A stretch of DNA of 64,000 nt from Lama guanicoe (Eukaryota), in NCBI GenBank assembly GCA_013239625.1, contig MU054220.1, positions 5,096,587 to 5,160,586 of the forward strand. Direction: 5' to 3'. The notes beneath the pieces were generated by a model. It was not told where the DNA came from, did not search any database, and saw nothing but the letters and a program-made list of their open reading frames with translations. Both the position numbers and the translations under genes were made by a program. Shown here piece after piece: positions 11,061 through 21,420 of the stretch. Positions within the stretch are counted from its first letter, which is position 1. Each line of letters begins with the position of its first letter.

Positions 11061-11564
11061 AGTGGGGGAAATGTAGGGAACACTGTAATTATTGAGTTTT
11101 GTGTCTAGTTTTCTTGCTATTTTTTGAGTTGTGGGATCATGCTTTGTACATCTTTATAACCCAGTACATCTTTATAAGCCAGTACCTGGAATACCAGGGG
11201 TTTCAGTAAGTTTTTGCTGAATGAATGAGAGTTGCCTGATATTGAGTCACTGACATCTGCTGGTCTCAGCTCTCAGAGCAGCTGTGGGGCTGGCGTTTAG
11301 CCCTGTGAGGCTCTTAAGACAGGATGGGCATAGATTCCTTCAGCTATGAAACATCTAGAAGCTTCTTTGCAAATGACAAAGAGGAGCACTAAATATTTAA
11401 TGCTTAAAAGTTAAATATTATTATGAAAGTAATTTAATACAAATGGCTTTCAGCAAATCCTTATCCATATTTCATGACTGCAGTGGGTGTCTGGGTTCTA
11501 ATGTTTGTGAGCAATAAATTTTAATGGTTATATACTCTCAATTTCTCTTTATTTTTCTCCTCAG

Positions 11565-11693
11565 CAGACACCCAGGTCCATCAGGAGAGTGAAGAGCTAG
11601 ACATCAGATGTCACTGTGGACAGGAAGAGACACTGAGCCTTAAACTGAGGTCTCCACATGACAAATTCATAGGCATTTGGGAATGTCAAAGTG
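11565..11693 (+). other. Candidate internal exon (129 nt, one open frame, phase 1/1)
   Basis: Long pyrimidine tract ATTTCTCTTTATTTTTCTCCTCAG (NAGNAG), donor GTG|GTATGT; open frame DTQVHQESEELDIRCHCGQEETLSLKLRSPHDKFIGIWECQS with no homologue I recognise. Confidence 0.35.
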
Positions 11694-11917
11694 GTATGTA
11701 AGCAGTGATGCTGTAAAACTCTGAAGTATGGTGCTGACTTGGTGACATGATGCCTTTATTCCCCAACTGGATAGTTCCCAGAGTTAGGTGTTCTCTCCCC
11801 TAAGTTTCCATAGTACCTTCATAATATTCCCTTTTAGCAATGACAGTTGTGATAATGACTCTCCTTCACTGATTAAGTACCTATGTGCTGAAACCACACT
11901 GAGACTAATAGATTCTT

Positions 11918-13707
11918 TTTTTATTTAACATTTTTTATTGAGTTATAGTCATTTTACAATATTGTGTCAAATTCCAGTGTACAGCACAATTTTTCAGTTA
12001 TACGTGAACATACATATATTTATTGTCGTATTTTTTTTTTTTGCTGCGAGCTACCACAAGATCTTGTATATATTTCCCTGTGCTATACAGTATAATCTTG
12101 TTTATCTATTCTGCATATGCCTGTCAGTATCTACAAATTTTGAACTCCCAGTCTGTCCCTTTCCACCCCACTCCTCCCTGGCAAACACAAGTTTGTATTC
12201 TATGTCTATGAGTCTATTTCTGTTTTGTATTTATGTTCTTTTTTTTTTTTTAGATTTTTTTTTAGAGTGATCTCTTATGGTATTTTTCTTTCTCTTTCTG
12301 GCTTACTTCACTTAGAATGACATTCTCAAGGGACATCCATGTTGCTGCAAATGGTGTTATGTTGTCTTTTTATGGCTGAATAGTATTCCATTGTATAAAT
12401 ATACCACCTCTTCTTTATCCAGTCATCTGTTGATGGACATTTAGGCTGTTTCCAAGTCTTGGCTATTGTAAATAGTGCTGCTGTGAACATTGGGGTGCAG
12501 GTGTCTTTCTGAAGTAGAGTTCCTTCTGAGTATATGCCTAGGAGCAGGATTCCTGGGTCATATGGTCAGTCTATTCCTAGTCTTTTGAAGAATCTCCATA
12601 CTGTTTTCCACAGTGGCTACACCAAACTGCGTTCCCACCAGCAGTGTAGGAAGGCTCCCTTTTGTCCACAGCCTCTCCAGCATTTGTCGTTTGTGGACTT
12701 TTGAATGATGGCCATTCTGACTGGTGTGAAGTGATACCTCATTGTAATTTTGATTTGCATTTCTCTGATAATTAGTGATATTGAGCATTTTTTCACATGC
12801 CTATTGATCATTTGTATGTCTTCCTTGGAGAGTTGCTTGTTTAGGTCTTCTGCCCATTTTTGGATTGGGCTGTTGTTTCTTATTAAGTCGTATGAGCTGC
12901 TTATATATTCTGGAGATCAAGCCTTTGTCGGTTTCATTGTTTGCAAAAATTCTTCTCTCATTCAACAGGTTGTCATTTTGTTTTACTTGTGGTTTCCTTT
13001 GCTGTGCAGAAGCTTGTAAGTTTCATTAGGTCCCATTTGTTTATTCTTGCTTTTATTCCTATTGTTTGGGTAGACTACCCTAGGAGAACATTTTTGAGAT
13101 ATATGTTGAGATAATGTTTTGCCTATATTTTCTTCTAGGGGATTTATTGTATCTTGTTTGAGTTTATTTTTGTATATGGTGTAAGGGAGTGTTCTAGCTT
13201 CATTGCTTTACATGCTGCTGTCCAGTTTTCCCAACACCATTTGTTGAAGAGACTGTCTTTATTCCATTGTATATTCTTGCCTCCTTCGTCGAAGATGAGT
13301 TGACCAAAAGTTTTTGGGTTCATTTCTGGCTCTCTATTCTGTTCCATTGGTCCATATGTCTGTTGTTGTACCAGTACCACACTGCCTTGATTACTGTAGC
13401 TCTATAGTATTGTCTGAAGTCTGGGAGAGTTATTCCTCCAGCCCCTTTCTTTTAACTCAGTAATGCTTTGGCAATTTTAGGTCTTTTATGGTTCCATATA
13501 AATTTTCTTATGATTTGTTCTAGTTCTGTGAAATATGTCCTGGGTAATTGGATAGGGATTGCATTCAATCTGTAGATTGCCTTGGGCAGTGTGACCATTT
13601 TAACAATATTGATTCTTCCAATGCAGGAGCATGGGATATCTTTCCATTTTTTTAAGTCATCTTTAATTTCCTTCATCAGTGGTTTATAGTTTTCCATGTA
13701 TAAATCT
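11918..13707 (-). mobile_element. 5'-truncated camelid-type L1 (~1.8 kb: ORF2 C-terminal part plus 3' UTR), disrupted
   Basis: ORF track pieces are L1 ORF2 ([73 protein letters not shown]) in different frames; poly(T) at the left end; 18-bp TSD TGAGACTA[A/T]TAGATTCTT at 11900-11917 and 13708-13725; inserted into a MIR. Confidence 0.97.
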
Positions 13708-14175
13708 TGAGACTATTAGATTCTTGTACACTAACCATGGACAATCAACATTTTAGTTTCCAATTTTCCGATAAGGAAGTGGAGGCTCAAAGAATAAAGT
13801 TGCTAAAGTTCACGTGGTGTTTTATTGCTTTTTGTCTCTTTGGATTGTGAAATCTGTATCCCCATGGAATTCATCATATTCTCCCCTCGAACCGCACGAG
13901 CTCAGTGAAGGGGATGAGGGTACTCAGTGTATGCACAACAAACACTGATTGAATGAATAAATGAACAAAGACAAGAATCAGTACTATGAAATTATTATTA
14001 TTATTGTATTAAGCACTTGTCATCTCACAAAGATCTTTTAAAGAAAAATGCTTTCTGGGATTGAAGGGATGGTTGTTTTTTTCTAGTGCAAAGATCCTCA
14101 AACTGCAAATACTGTCTTGGAACTTCATAAGGGCTTTGAATGCAAAAGGGAGCCCCATATCTTTCTCTCCCCTAG

Positions 14176-14441
14176 CCTTCAGGTTTCATAGCAGTTAAAG
14201 GATAGGAGTAGAGATAAGGGATGCTAATGAAGTTTCTTGATTTTTGATCTTCATCTCTGACCTAGGCTTACCCTCCTTTTCACGCTGACTAGGATCACCT
14301 TTTGATTGTATGGAAGCCCCATCTTTGGCTGCAATGGGGATTAGGGCTGTAGAATTGCATGGTTTTCTAACACTTGAATTAGAAGTTGTGGGACGACACT
14401 CTTTATCTTTGGTGCTGTACACCGCAGCTTCTTTGCCTTGA
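14176..14441 (+). other. Candidate non-coding exon
   Basis: Acceptor CTTTCTCTCCCCTAG ending at 14175, donor TGA|GTAAGT at 14442; apparently repeat-free; stop codons on +. Confidence 0.25.
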
Positions 14442-14904
14442 GTAAGTATATCATAGATTGTTCCATAACATGTGCAAAGTTATGCAGATAGAGTTAGTCC
14501 TCCTAAAAGAGTCACTGGGGTCACACAAACAGTTTGCCCCTTGCAGTTTTCCACTGAGTGCCCCTGGTCACCTGATAGGAGAGATCAACAAGGGTCAATG
14601 TGGCTCTTGTCAGGGGAGAGGGTTATTGGCTGAACACGAGAGCACAACCCAAATTCCCAAATTAGGTGGGCATATTCCAGTGGGACGCCATTCTGTTCAA
14701 TTCAATGGACATTTACTGCTTGCTTTGGTCCAAATTCTGTGCTAGGTGGTTGGGGGTCTTAGGCCAAGATTTGAAAGGTCCCATGGTGAGAGGCTGTGGC
14801 AGATAGAGACCCAGGCAAGTAGCAGGGAGATTCAATGATTTCAAGAACTAGTATTTCTTAGTGGATAAAGTATAGGGCAGGGCAGAGCTGGGGTGGGCAA
14901 AAAA

Positions 14905-15260
14905 CTCTTTACAGAGAGGAACTTGGGATTCAGAGAGGTTAAATGACTCATCCCAAGTCATGTAGCTTCTAAAGGGCAGGACTGGGGTTGAAACCTTGAT
15001 TTTTCTAAGGGACAGTATGACTATTGCTTAGTGATAAAGAACATGGGCTATGGACTTGTAAGACCTGGGTGTGGACTCTGACCTGTCTCCTGTTAGCCAG
15101 CGGACCTTGGGCATGTTACATCACTTTTTTGAGCCAGAGTTTTCTCAGCCTCTCTTGATGCTGCTATTTCAGGGGATGGTTATGAGGGTAAAATGAAGTA
15201 ACATTGACAAAGTACTGATCACTTTGTTGGGTATCTGGTAAGCACTAATTAAATGGTACC
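14905..15260. mobile_element. Head-to-head MIR pair
   Basis: - copy (TTCAGAGAGGTTAAATGACTCATCCCAAGTCA) then + copy (GACCTTGGGCATGTTAC...GTTATGAGGGTAAAATGA). Confidence 0.7.
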
Positions 15261-15391
15261 TGTTAGAGTCTGCTGGGAGGTATGTATTCCTTGGTCAAAG
15301 CTCCCCATAAGAGTGACGACTGGGAAACAGGAGATCCCACAGGGCCCCAAATAATGTAGGCTGTGTGGGTAAGACTGTTGGGTTGGAGCTT

Positions 15392-15548
15392 GCAGTTCTC
15401 AACCCTGGCTACCTATTAGCATTACTTGAGGAAATTTAAAAAGAAAATGATCTCTGAATTCTATATTTAGAGATTCTTACCTCTGCAACATTAGTTTTTA
15501 AAAAGCTACCGGTCATTCCAACTGTGCCACTAGGTTGAGAATCACTGG
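15392..15548. mobile_element. MER5-type hAT MITE
   Basis: Terminal inverted repeats GCAGTTCTCAACC ... GGTTGAGAATCACTG. Confidence 0.75.
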
Positions 15549-16129
15549 ATTGGACAATCCTGGAGGCAAATGGTTTTGATGATGTAACACTGTCCACCTC
15601 CACCTCTGTCTCAGTGTGACTGAGTTCCCACCACTGGGTCACTGCTAAGTGTCCTGCAATGGCTCCTGTATGGTATTATTGATCACTTGAGAGGGCTGAC
15701 AGTGGAGTCAGGGTGCTAAATAACCCAGCAGCCATAGACTCTGCCCCGAACGGACATGATCCAAGTGGCATGGCTGGGGTCAGGCCCTAGGTTGATATGT
15801 GGTGGCAAGAGATGACAAATCCAATAATAGGCTAAGAGAGGCCAGCAAAACACTGTACCTACAGGACCCAAAGTGTATGTGAATAGACCCCGGGCTTCCT
15901 GGGTCTCTTCTCAGCCTGTCCCACCAATGTGGATTTCTCTAGAACACCAGTAGGCAGTCATTATGTCACGACATACTTGTGTGTCCTAATCAGTAGGATA
16001 CGTTTTGTTACTATAATGAAGAACACAGATTTGCAAGTGATTTATTAAAAAGTGTAATAATACATATTAGAATGAGATAAGCTTATCTCTTTTTTTCTTT
16101 TTTGCCTTTGCCACCAGCCAAGGACGAAG

Positions 16130-16600
16130 CATGAGCCATCACCTAGCCACGACTGCCCCCTTACTGCTCTTTCAAATGGAGTCTTGCCCTTTCTTTCATT
16201 CTCCACCCAGAGGCCAGAGTAATTTTCTTAACATGGACATCAGGTGGTGTCATTCTCCTGCTTAAATCTGCTGGTGCCTTCTTATTGTACTAAAAATAAA
16301 GCACAGTTCCCTTCCCCAAGCCTCAAGAACCTGCATAAATGAGGACACCTCTCTGCTGACTTCTCCTCTCCCCCTGGACCACTATCCTAGAGCTCTAGAG
16401 AGCACTGAGTTCTCTCCCACCTCAGGGAGAACGTGTTTTCTGTTCTCTCTGCTTAGAATTCCTTTTTTTTTTTTTATGGAATCGCCATAAGGCCAAGGCC
16501 TTGTCTAACTTATTTACCATTTTATTGCCAGCACCAAGCGCAGTACCTGACATATAGTAAACATTCAATAAACGTTTGTTGAAAGAAATAATGAATAGTT
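16130..16600 (+). mobile_element. L2 LINE 3' fragment
   Basis: CTCCACCCAGAGGCCAGAGTAATTTTCT...CAGTACCTGACATATAGTAAACATTCAATAAACGTTTGTTGAA. Confidence 0.8.
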
Positions 16601-16719
16601 CGATAATTCTGTCACTTTGATTCACAGATTCTGAAACACTACCTAGAGAGGGAAAGAAAGAGAAGGGATGGTAACCAATTTGCTGTAAGTTGTACATCAA
16701 CTGGGTAAGCCTATAGGAA

Positions 16720-16990
16720 CATTCATTCATTCAGCCAACAAATGCATAGTGAGTATTTGCTCTGTCTGACACTATTCAAAGCACTGAAAATACTGTTAAA
16801 AGTAAGGCACCGTGTTCTCTGCTCTTATGAAGCTTATAGCAAATATCAGCAAACAAATAAACAAGATTTTTCCAGCAAGTAATAAGTTCTATGAAGAATT
16901 TATTCATAACGGGATGATGTGGACAAGAATGGTTGGGGGGCTGGGTACTACTGTAGATAGTGTGGTCTGGGAAGGCTTCATAGAGGAGAG
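16720..16990 (-). mobile_element. L2 LINE 3' fragment
   Basis: CATTCATTCATTCAGCCAACAAAT...CTGCTCTTATGAAGCTTATAG...GGAAGGCTTCATAGAGGAG. Confidence 0.75.
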
Positions 16991-18299
16991 GGGATTACAG
17001 ATGACCCAGGGAAGGTTGCCTCCTTACAGATGTCATAGACCTCATGTACATGAAAGAGAAAAACTTTCAAAGTCACTACTCGAGGAGACACTACTCAAGT
17101 TTTAATTAGAATCCACTTAAGTCAGATGTTAGTTTGTTCCCTAATAGTGATTAGCACTGTCTTGGGTAATTAACAGCTCTTAGATTTGGAGAGTTGGAGG
17201 GGAAAATAACTTAATTATCTGCCTGACCTTGATTTTCTGAGTGCTGAGTCAAAAGGTATGAAAGGAACCAGGATCTTGCGGAGTGGTGGAGACAGAGGTT
17301 AACCGAGCTTGATCTGGCTCTAAAGTACCCACGGGGCAAATGGGGAATGGGCTGTCTGAGAGTGGGTGAGAGTCCAGGGCCTGGGCGTTCACACTAGAAG
17401 TCATGGTCCAGAATGCTATTCCCCACGCTACTGCAGGTATCACCTGGACCAAGAAATCTGCATGCCACTCACTGGCTTGGCTTGGTTACCTCATCCCCAC
17501 CCACTTTTCTAGAGACTAACTGTAGCTCACTTCTTCTGTCCTTTAGCTTCCCTGGCTGAGAAAGGGTTGATAGCAGTCTGAAGCTAAGATGTCCCCTTCT
17601 AATAGAAGTGACAACTTTTCACATGCCTCATTTCCTCCTTCTCATCATCTCAGTCTCTTCTAAGCCACAGACAGTCAGACTCTGGAAAGTTGTGGATGAA
17701 AGAAACTGGCTTTTTAAATTTAAAGTCCCACAGTAGGGTGTGTTCTTTAATTTTTTTTCCCCGACTCCATGTCCTCCTCGCCATCCCCTCTTCCTTACTG
17801 CTTCCACTCAAGTCAGTTTTGGATAAGAGTTTCAGATCAACTTTTCAATTCTCTTTTAGCAGATTTTTAATTATCCCAAAGCCACACTGAGAAGAGGCTG
17901 GTTCAGAGGCTCCAGGCAGCTTTGGTCACATCTTCAGATCACGTAGGTATAATCTCTATGGCAACTGACCCATGTTGGGTAGGAGCAAATAAAGCTCAGA
18001 ACCAAAGGTTAATTGCTGTTTCATTTCTGCTTTCTCCCCCCTTCAATTCCAGCATTGTGGATGGAAGTTCTAATTAGAATCAAATTATCAGCAGATTGAA
18101 CATCTTCTTTATTATTTTGGTGGCTGAAAAATTACTCTGGCTGGCTTGGAAAGGGAAAGGAACTGATGTTTTCTATTGGCCTCAGTGGCTCCTTGTCCCA
18201 CCTTCCAGGCGGACAGACAGCTTAGCTGATCCAGTCAAAAGGCCTGGATCTTTCCAGCACCAAGGAGAGGCATGCCTCTTCATTCTTATGCTATTTTGA

Positions 18300-18550
18300 C
18301 ATTGATATTATTACTGATAGTGTCAACCATTTTGGGGGGAATGTACTTGTACCAGGCACTCTGCTAAGCACTTATGCACATGATCTCATTTAAACTCTAA
18401 AGCAATGCCAGGAAGGTATAGCTTCTCAGCCCCTTTCTACTGATGAGGGAACAGCCTCGCAGATGTTACTTGCCCATGGTCACATAGCCAGTAAGCTGCA
18501 TTTTGAACTCAGCTTATCTAATTCCAAAGCTCTTAACCATTAGCCAGATA
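18300..18550 (-). mobile_element. MIR SINE
   Basis: ACCAGGCACTCTGCTAAGCACTT...GATCTCATTTAA...CTTGCCCATGGTCACATAGCCAGTAAG. Confidence 0.8.
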
Positions 18551-19029
18551 CCAAAATATGCTCTGTGAGGCTCCAACTTGCTTAGAGAACCCAGGAGATA
18601 TGTAGAGAACATAACTTAACTCCCCTGGTTAGTGGGTCCAACTCAAACCTGCTCAGGGATTTGGCTAAACTCATTCTCTTCCCGTTAGTGTTCTGAAATA
18701 GTTCTTATAGAATAAAGGTATCACGGCCCATTAAATCTTATGTACAGTTTCTCTGTTTCCTTAGAATTAAAAAAATCAGTATAAGATCTTTATTCATCCT
18801 TCCCTAATACAGTACTGTTGTGTTCATTTCTTTCCCTTTGTTCAAGTCTTCTCCCTTCCTGGAATTTCCCTTCCCTTTTTATGTCTATTGCTGTATGCTT
18901 CTCATCCCTTAAAGCCCAGTTAAAAACACGATATCCTTCATGAAATGTATTTTTTGATTTTTGATAACTATGGTTCACATTTTTTCTCTTGTCATGAATT
19001 CCTGTAACCACTCATTTTCTGAATTGTGC

Positions 19030-19260
19030 AGCCATGGTTAGCAATTTAGTTTCCAGCTTAGATTTTCTAGATTTGATTCACAGCTCTGCCATTTAATACT
19101 TCAGTGTTCCTGAGCAAGTGACTTCGGTGTGCTCAGTTTCCTCATCTGTAACTGGGGACCATCATAGAACCTACATCTTAGGGTGTTCTTATGAGGATTA
19201 AATGAGTTTCTACAAGTAGAATATGTTCACTGTAAGAACTACATAAGTGCTTGCTGTTAC
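19030..19260 (+). mobile_element. MIR SINE
   Basis: CTCAGTTTCCTCATCTGTAACTGGGG...TATGAGGATTAAATGAG. Confidence 0.85.
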
Positions 19261-19492
19261 ATTCTGTCTTGTTCAGGAATTGTTTTGCTTTGTATTATTC
19301 AGGACAGCTTACTTTGATTAGCCCAAGTCAGATCACATGTCTCCTAGTGAATCAAAGGTTCTAGCCAGGGATATCCTTATTGGTCAGGCCTTAGAGACAG
19401 TGTAGAGCTAGCCCCAGTCAAATCATGGGGCCAAGGGGTTCCCCAAAGAGAAATCAGGACTTAAGTCTATCTCAGTGTCTGTCACCCTATTT

Positions 19493-19550
19493 TGATGTTA
19501 AGCCCTCAATGATAGGATGATGTTGAGCCCTCAATGAGAGGATGATGTTG
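19493..19550. repeat. 25-bp tandem duplication (2.3 copies)
   Basis: TGATGTT[A/G]AGCCCTCAATGA[T/G]AGGA twice, then TGATGTTG. Confidence 0.9.
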
Positions 19551-19689
19551 GACCCTTCTTTCATGCTTAACATTGAGCAGAAACTCGAAAACAATCTCCT
19601 GGTTGATGGACTTGTATGTGGTGTCAGCCCTTATGACCAGAAAGTGAGCTGCATGAGAAACCTAGACCCATTAAAAATTGTTTTGGGAA

Positions 19690-19900
19690 GTTAGCAATTG
19701 GGGAGGGAGGGAGAAGAATGAGATGGATGGGAAAGGGAGAAGCCTTCATCTGCATTTGTTATGTCTTGTTTTTCAACAAAAAGATATGAAGCAAATATAG
19801 GAAGATGTTCATATTGACTAAATCTGAGAGATGGGAACTTGGTTGTTACAGTAGTCTTTGCCTTTTCTGCATGTTTGATGTATTTCATCTGAAAACAACA
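19690..19900 (+). mobile_element. Ancient L1ME-type 3' end
   Basis: AAAAAGATATGAAGCAAATATAGGAAGATGTTCATATT...TTTTCTGCATGTTTGATGTATTTCAT. Confidence 0.65.
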
Positions 19901-20194
19901 AAATGACAAAACAAAGCAAAAAGCAGTAGCTGCTCAGCCAGGCAGCTTTTTTTCCCCCGCTCTGAGTCTCCTGGACACCAAGGCGAGCTCAGCAATCACA
20001 GGATCCCTGGTGATTTTCTGACTAATGTCATTCATGAAAATCAACCCTTCCTTCCTGCTCTCTCATTTGATAAAAAAACACAAAGTTCGGAGTCATGTCA
20101 AAGGAATGTTCAACAGCCTCCAGATATGGTTTGGAGACAGAGCTTTACCTGAAACCTGTTATGAGAAATAACAATGCCACACATTATGTGAATC

Positions 20195-20730
20195 ATAGTA
20201 ATATCAGTCATCCCTTATTGAGAACTCTTTCTCAGGTACTGTGCCAAGCACGTAACATACATTATCCCATTTAATTCTCCCGACAGCCCTCTGAGGTGGG
20301 TAATACTATTGTCTACATTGTAGATGAGAAAGCTCACACTGGTTAAGTCATTTGTCCAAGATCACCGAGCTATCATTTGTGGAACTTGACCTCTAATCCA
20401 GATCTCTCTGATTCCAAGGCTTATCTAATCTCCCTTGTTTGCCTGGGAGTAAGTCTGGGCACCAAGAGACTTTGGCAGCTGATATTTCCCTTCCCAAGGG
20501 GTATCCTGGCCCTGAAGTCTGCATGCTTGGCGAGGATGCTATTTACTAGCCAGGCGACTAGGAGAAGTCCCTCAAACTCTTTGAGCCTCAGCTGTACATG
20601 AGTGAAATGCAGAGAAAGGAAGCACTCATTTCACAGATTTTCCTGAGGATTAAATGAGACTGTGCATGTAAAATGCTTAGCCCATTGCTTGGCAAATAAC
20701 AAGTGCTCAATAAATGTTAATAATTTTTTT
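20195..20730. mobile_element. Two MIRs in opposite orientation (- about 20195-20430, + about 20500-20730)
   Basis: CCCATTTAATTCTC...GTAGATGAGAAAGC; then TGAGGATTAAATGAGA...GTGCTCAATAAATGTT. Confidence 0.8.
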
Positions 20731-20984
20731 TCCATTAGAAAAAGGTGAGATCTCACAAGTCCATTCCATTTCAGTCTCTTTCATCGTGATAGTATCTCTT
20801 AGCACTTTAAAAAATTAATTAGTTTTACACAATTCAATAAATTTAGATAGTTCTACGAGATGTTTAATGAAAATGAATAACCCTTTTCCTTATCCTTCTC
20901 CATCCTTGATATCTGCTTCTAAGAGTCAACCACTTTTGATTCTATTAGTTAGTTATTTTCTGGAACTTTACCTCCTTATTTTTA

Positions 20985-21420
20985 CTTTAAATTTTTTATT
21001 TTGAGATAACTGTAGATTTGCATGAAATTATAACAAGTAGTATAGAGAGGTCCTGTGTATCCCTTACCCAGTTTCCCCCAACAGTTGTAATAGTAGAATA
21101 TCATGACTAGGAAATTGACACAGATATTCAAGATACAGAACATTCCCATCACCACAAAGATTCCTCATGTTGCCCTTTATAGCCACACCTACTTCCCTCC
21201 TGTCTCCACCCTCTCCTTAACCTCTGGCTGCCACTAAACTGTTGTCCATGTCGATAATTTTGTGACTTCAAGCAGTTTACATAAGTGGAATTGTATAGTA
21301 TGTAACTTTTTGAGATTGGTTGTTTTCAACCATCATAATTCTCTGAAGATTATCATGCATTATCAATGGTTTCCTTTTTACTGCTGAGCAGTGTTCCATG
21401 GTTAGATGTACCACCCAGTC
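20985..21420 (-). mobile_element. L1MC-type 3' end
   Basis: TTTTATTTTGAGATAACTGTAGATT...CAAGATACAGAACATTCCCATCACCACAAAGATTCCTCATGTTGCCCTTTATAGCCACAC. Confidence 0.8.

Noticed and set aside
12558..13697. L1 ORF2 ORFs as functional CDS
   Set aside because: They are 5'-truncated, frameshifted fragments of one dead L1.
17242..17251. Isolated ARE/AP-1 motifs (TGCTGAGTCA here, GCTGAGTCAT at 53776, other TGA[C/G]TCA)
   Set aside because: Short motifs expected several times by chance in 64 kb; several sit inside repeats.
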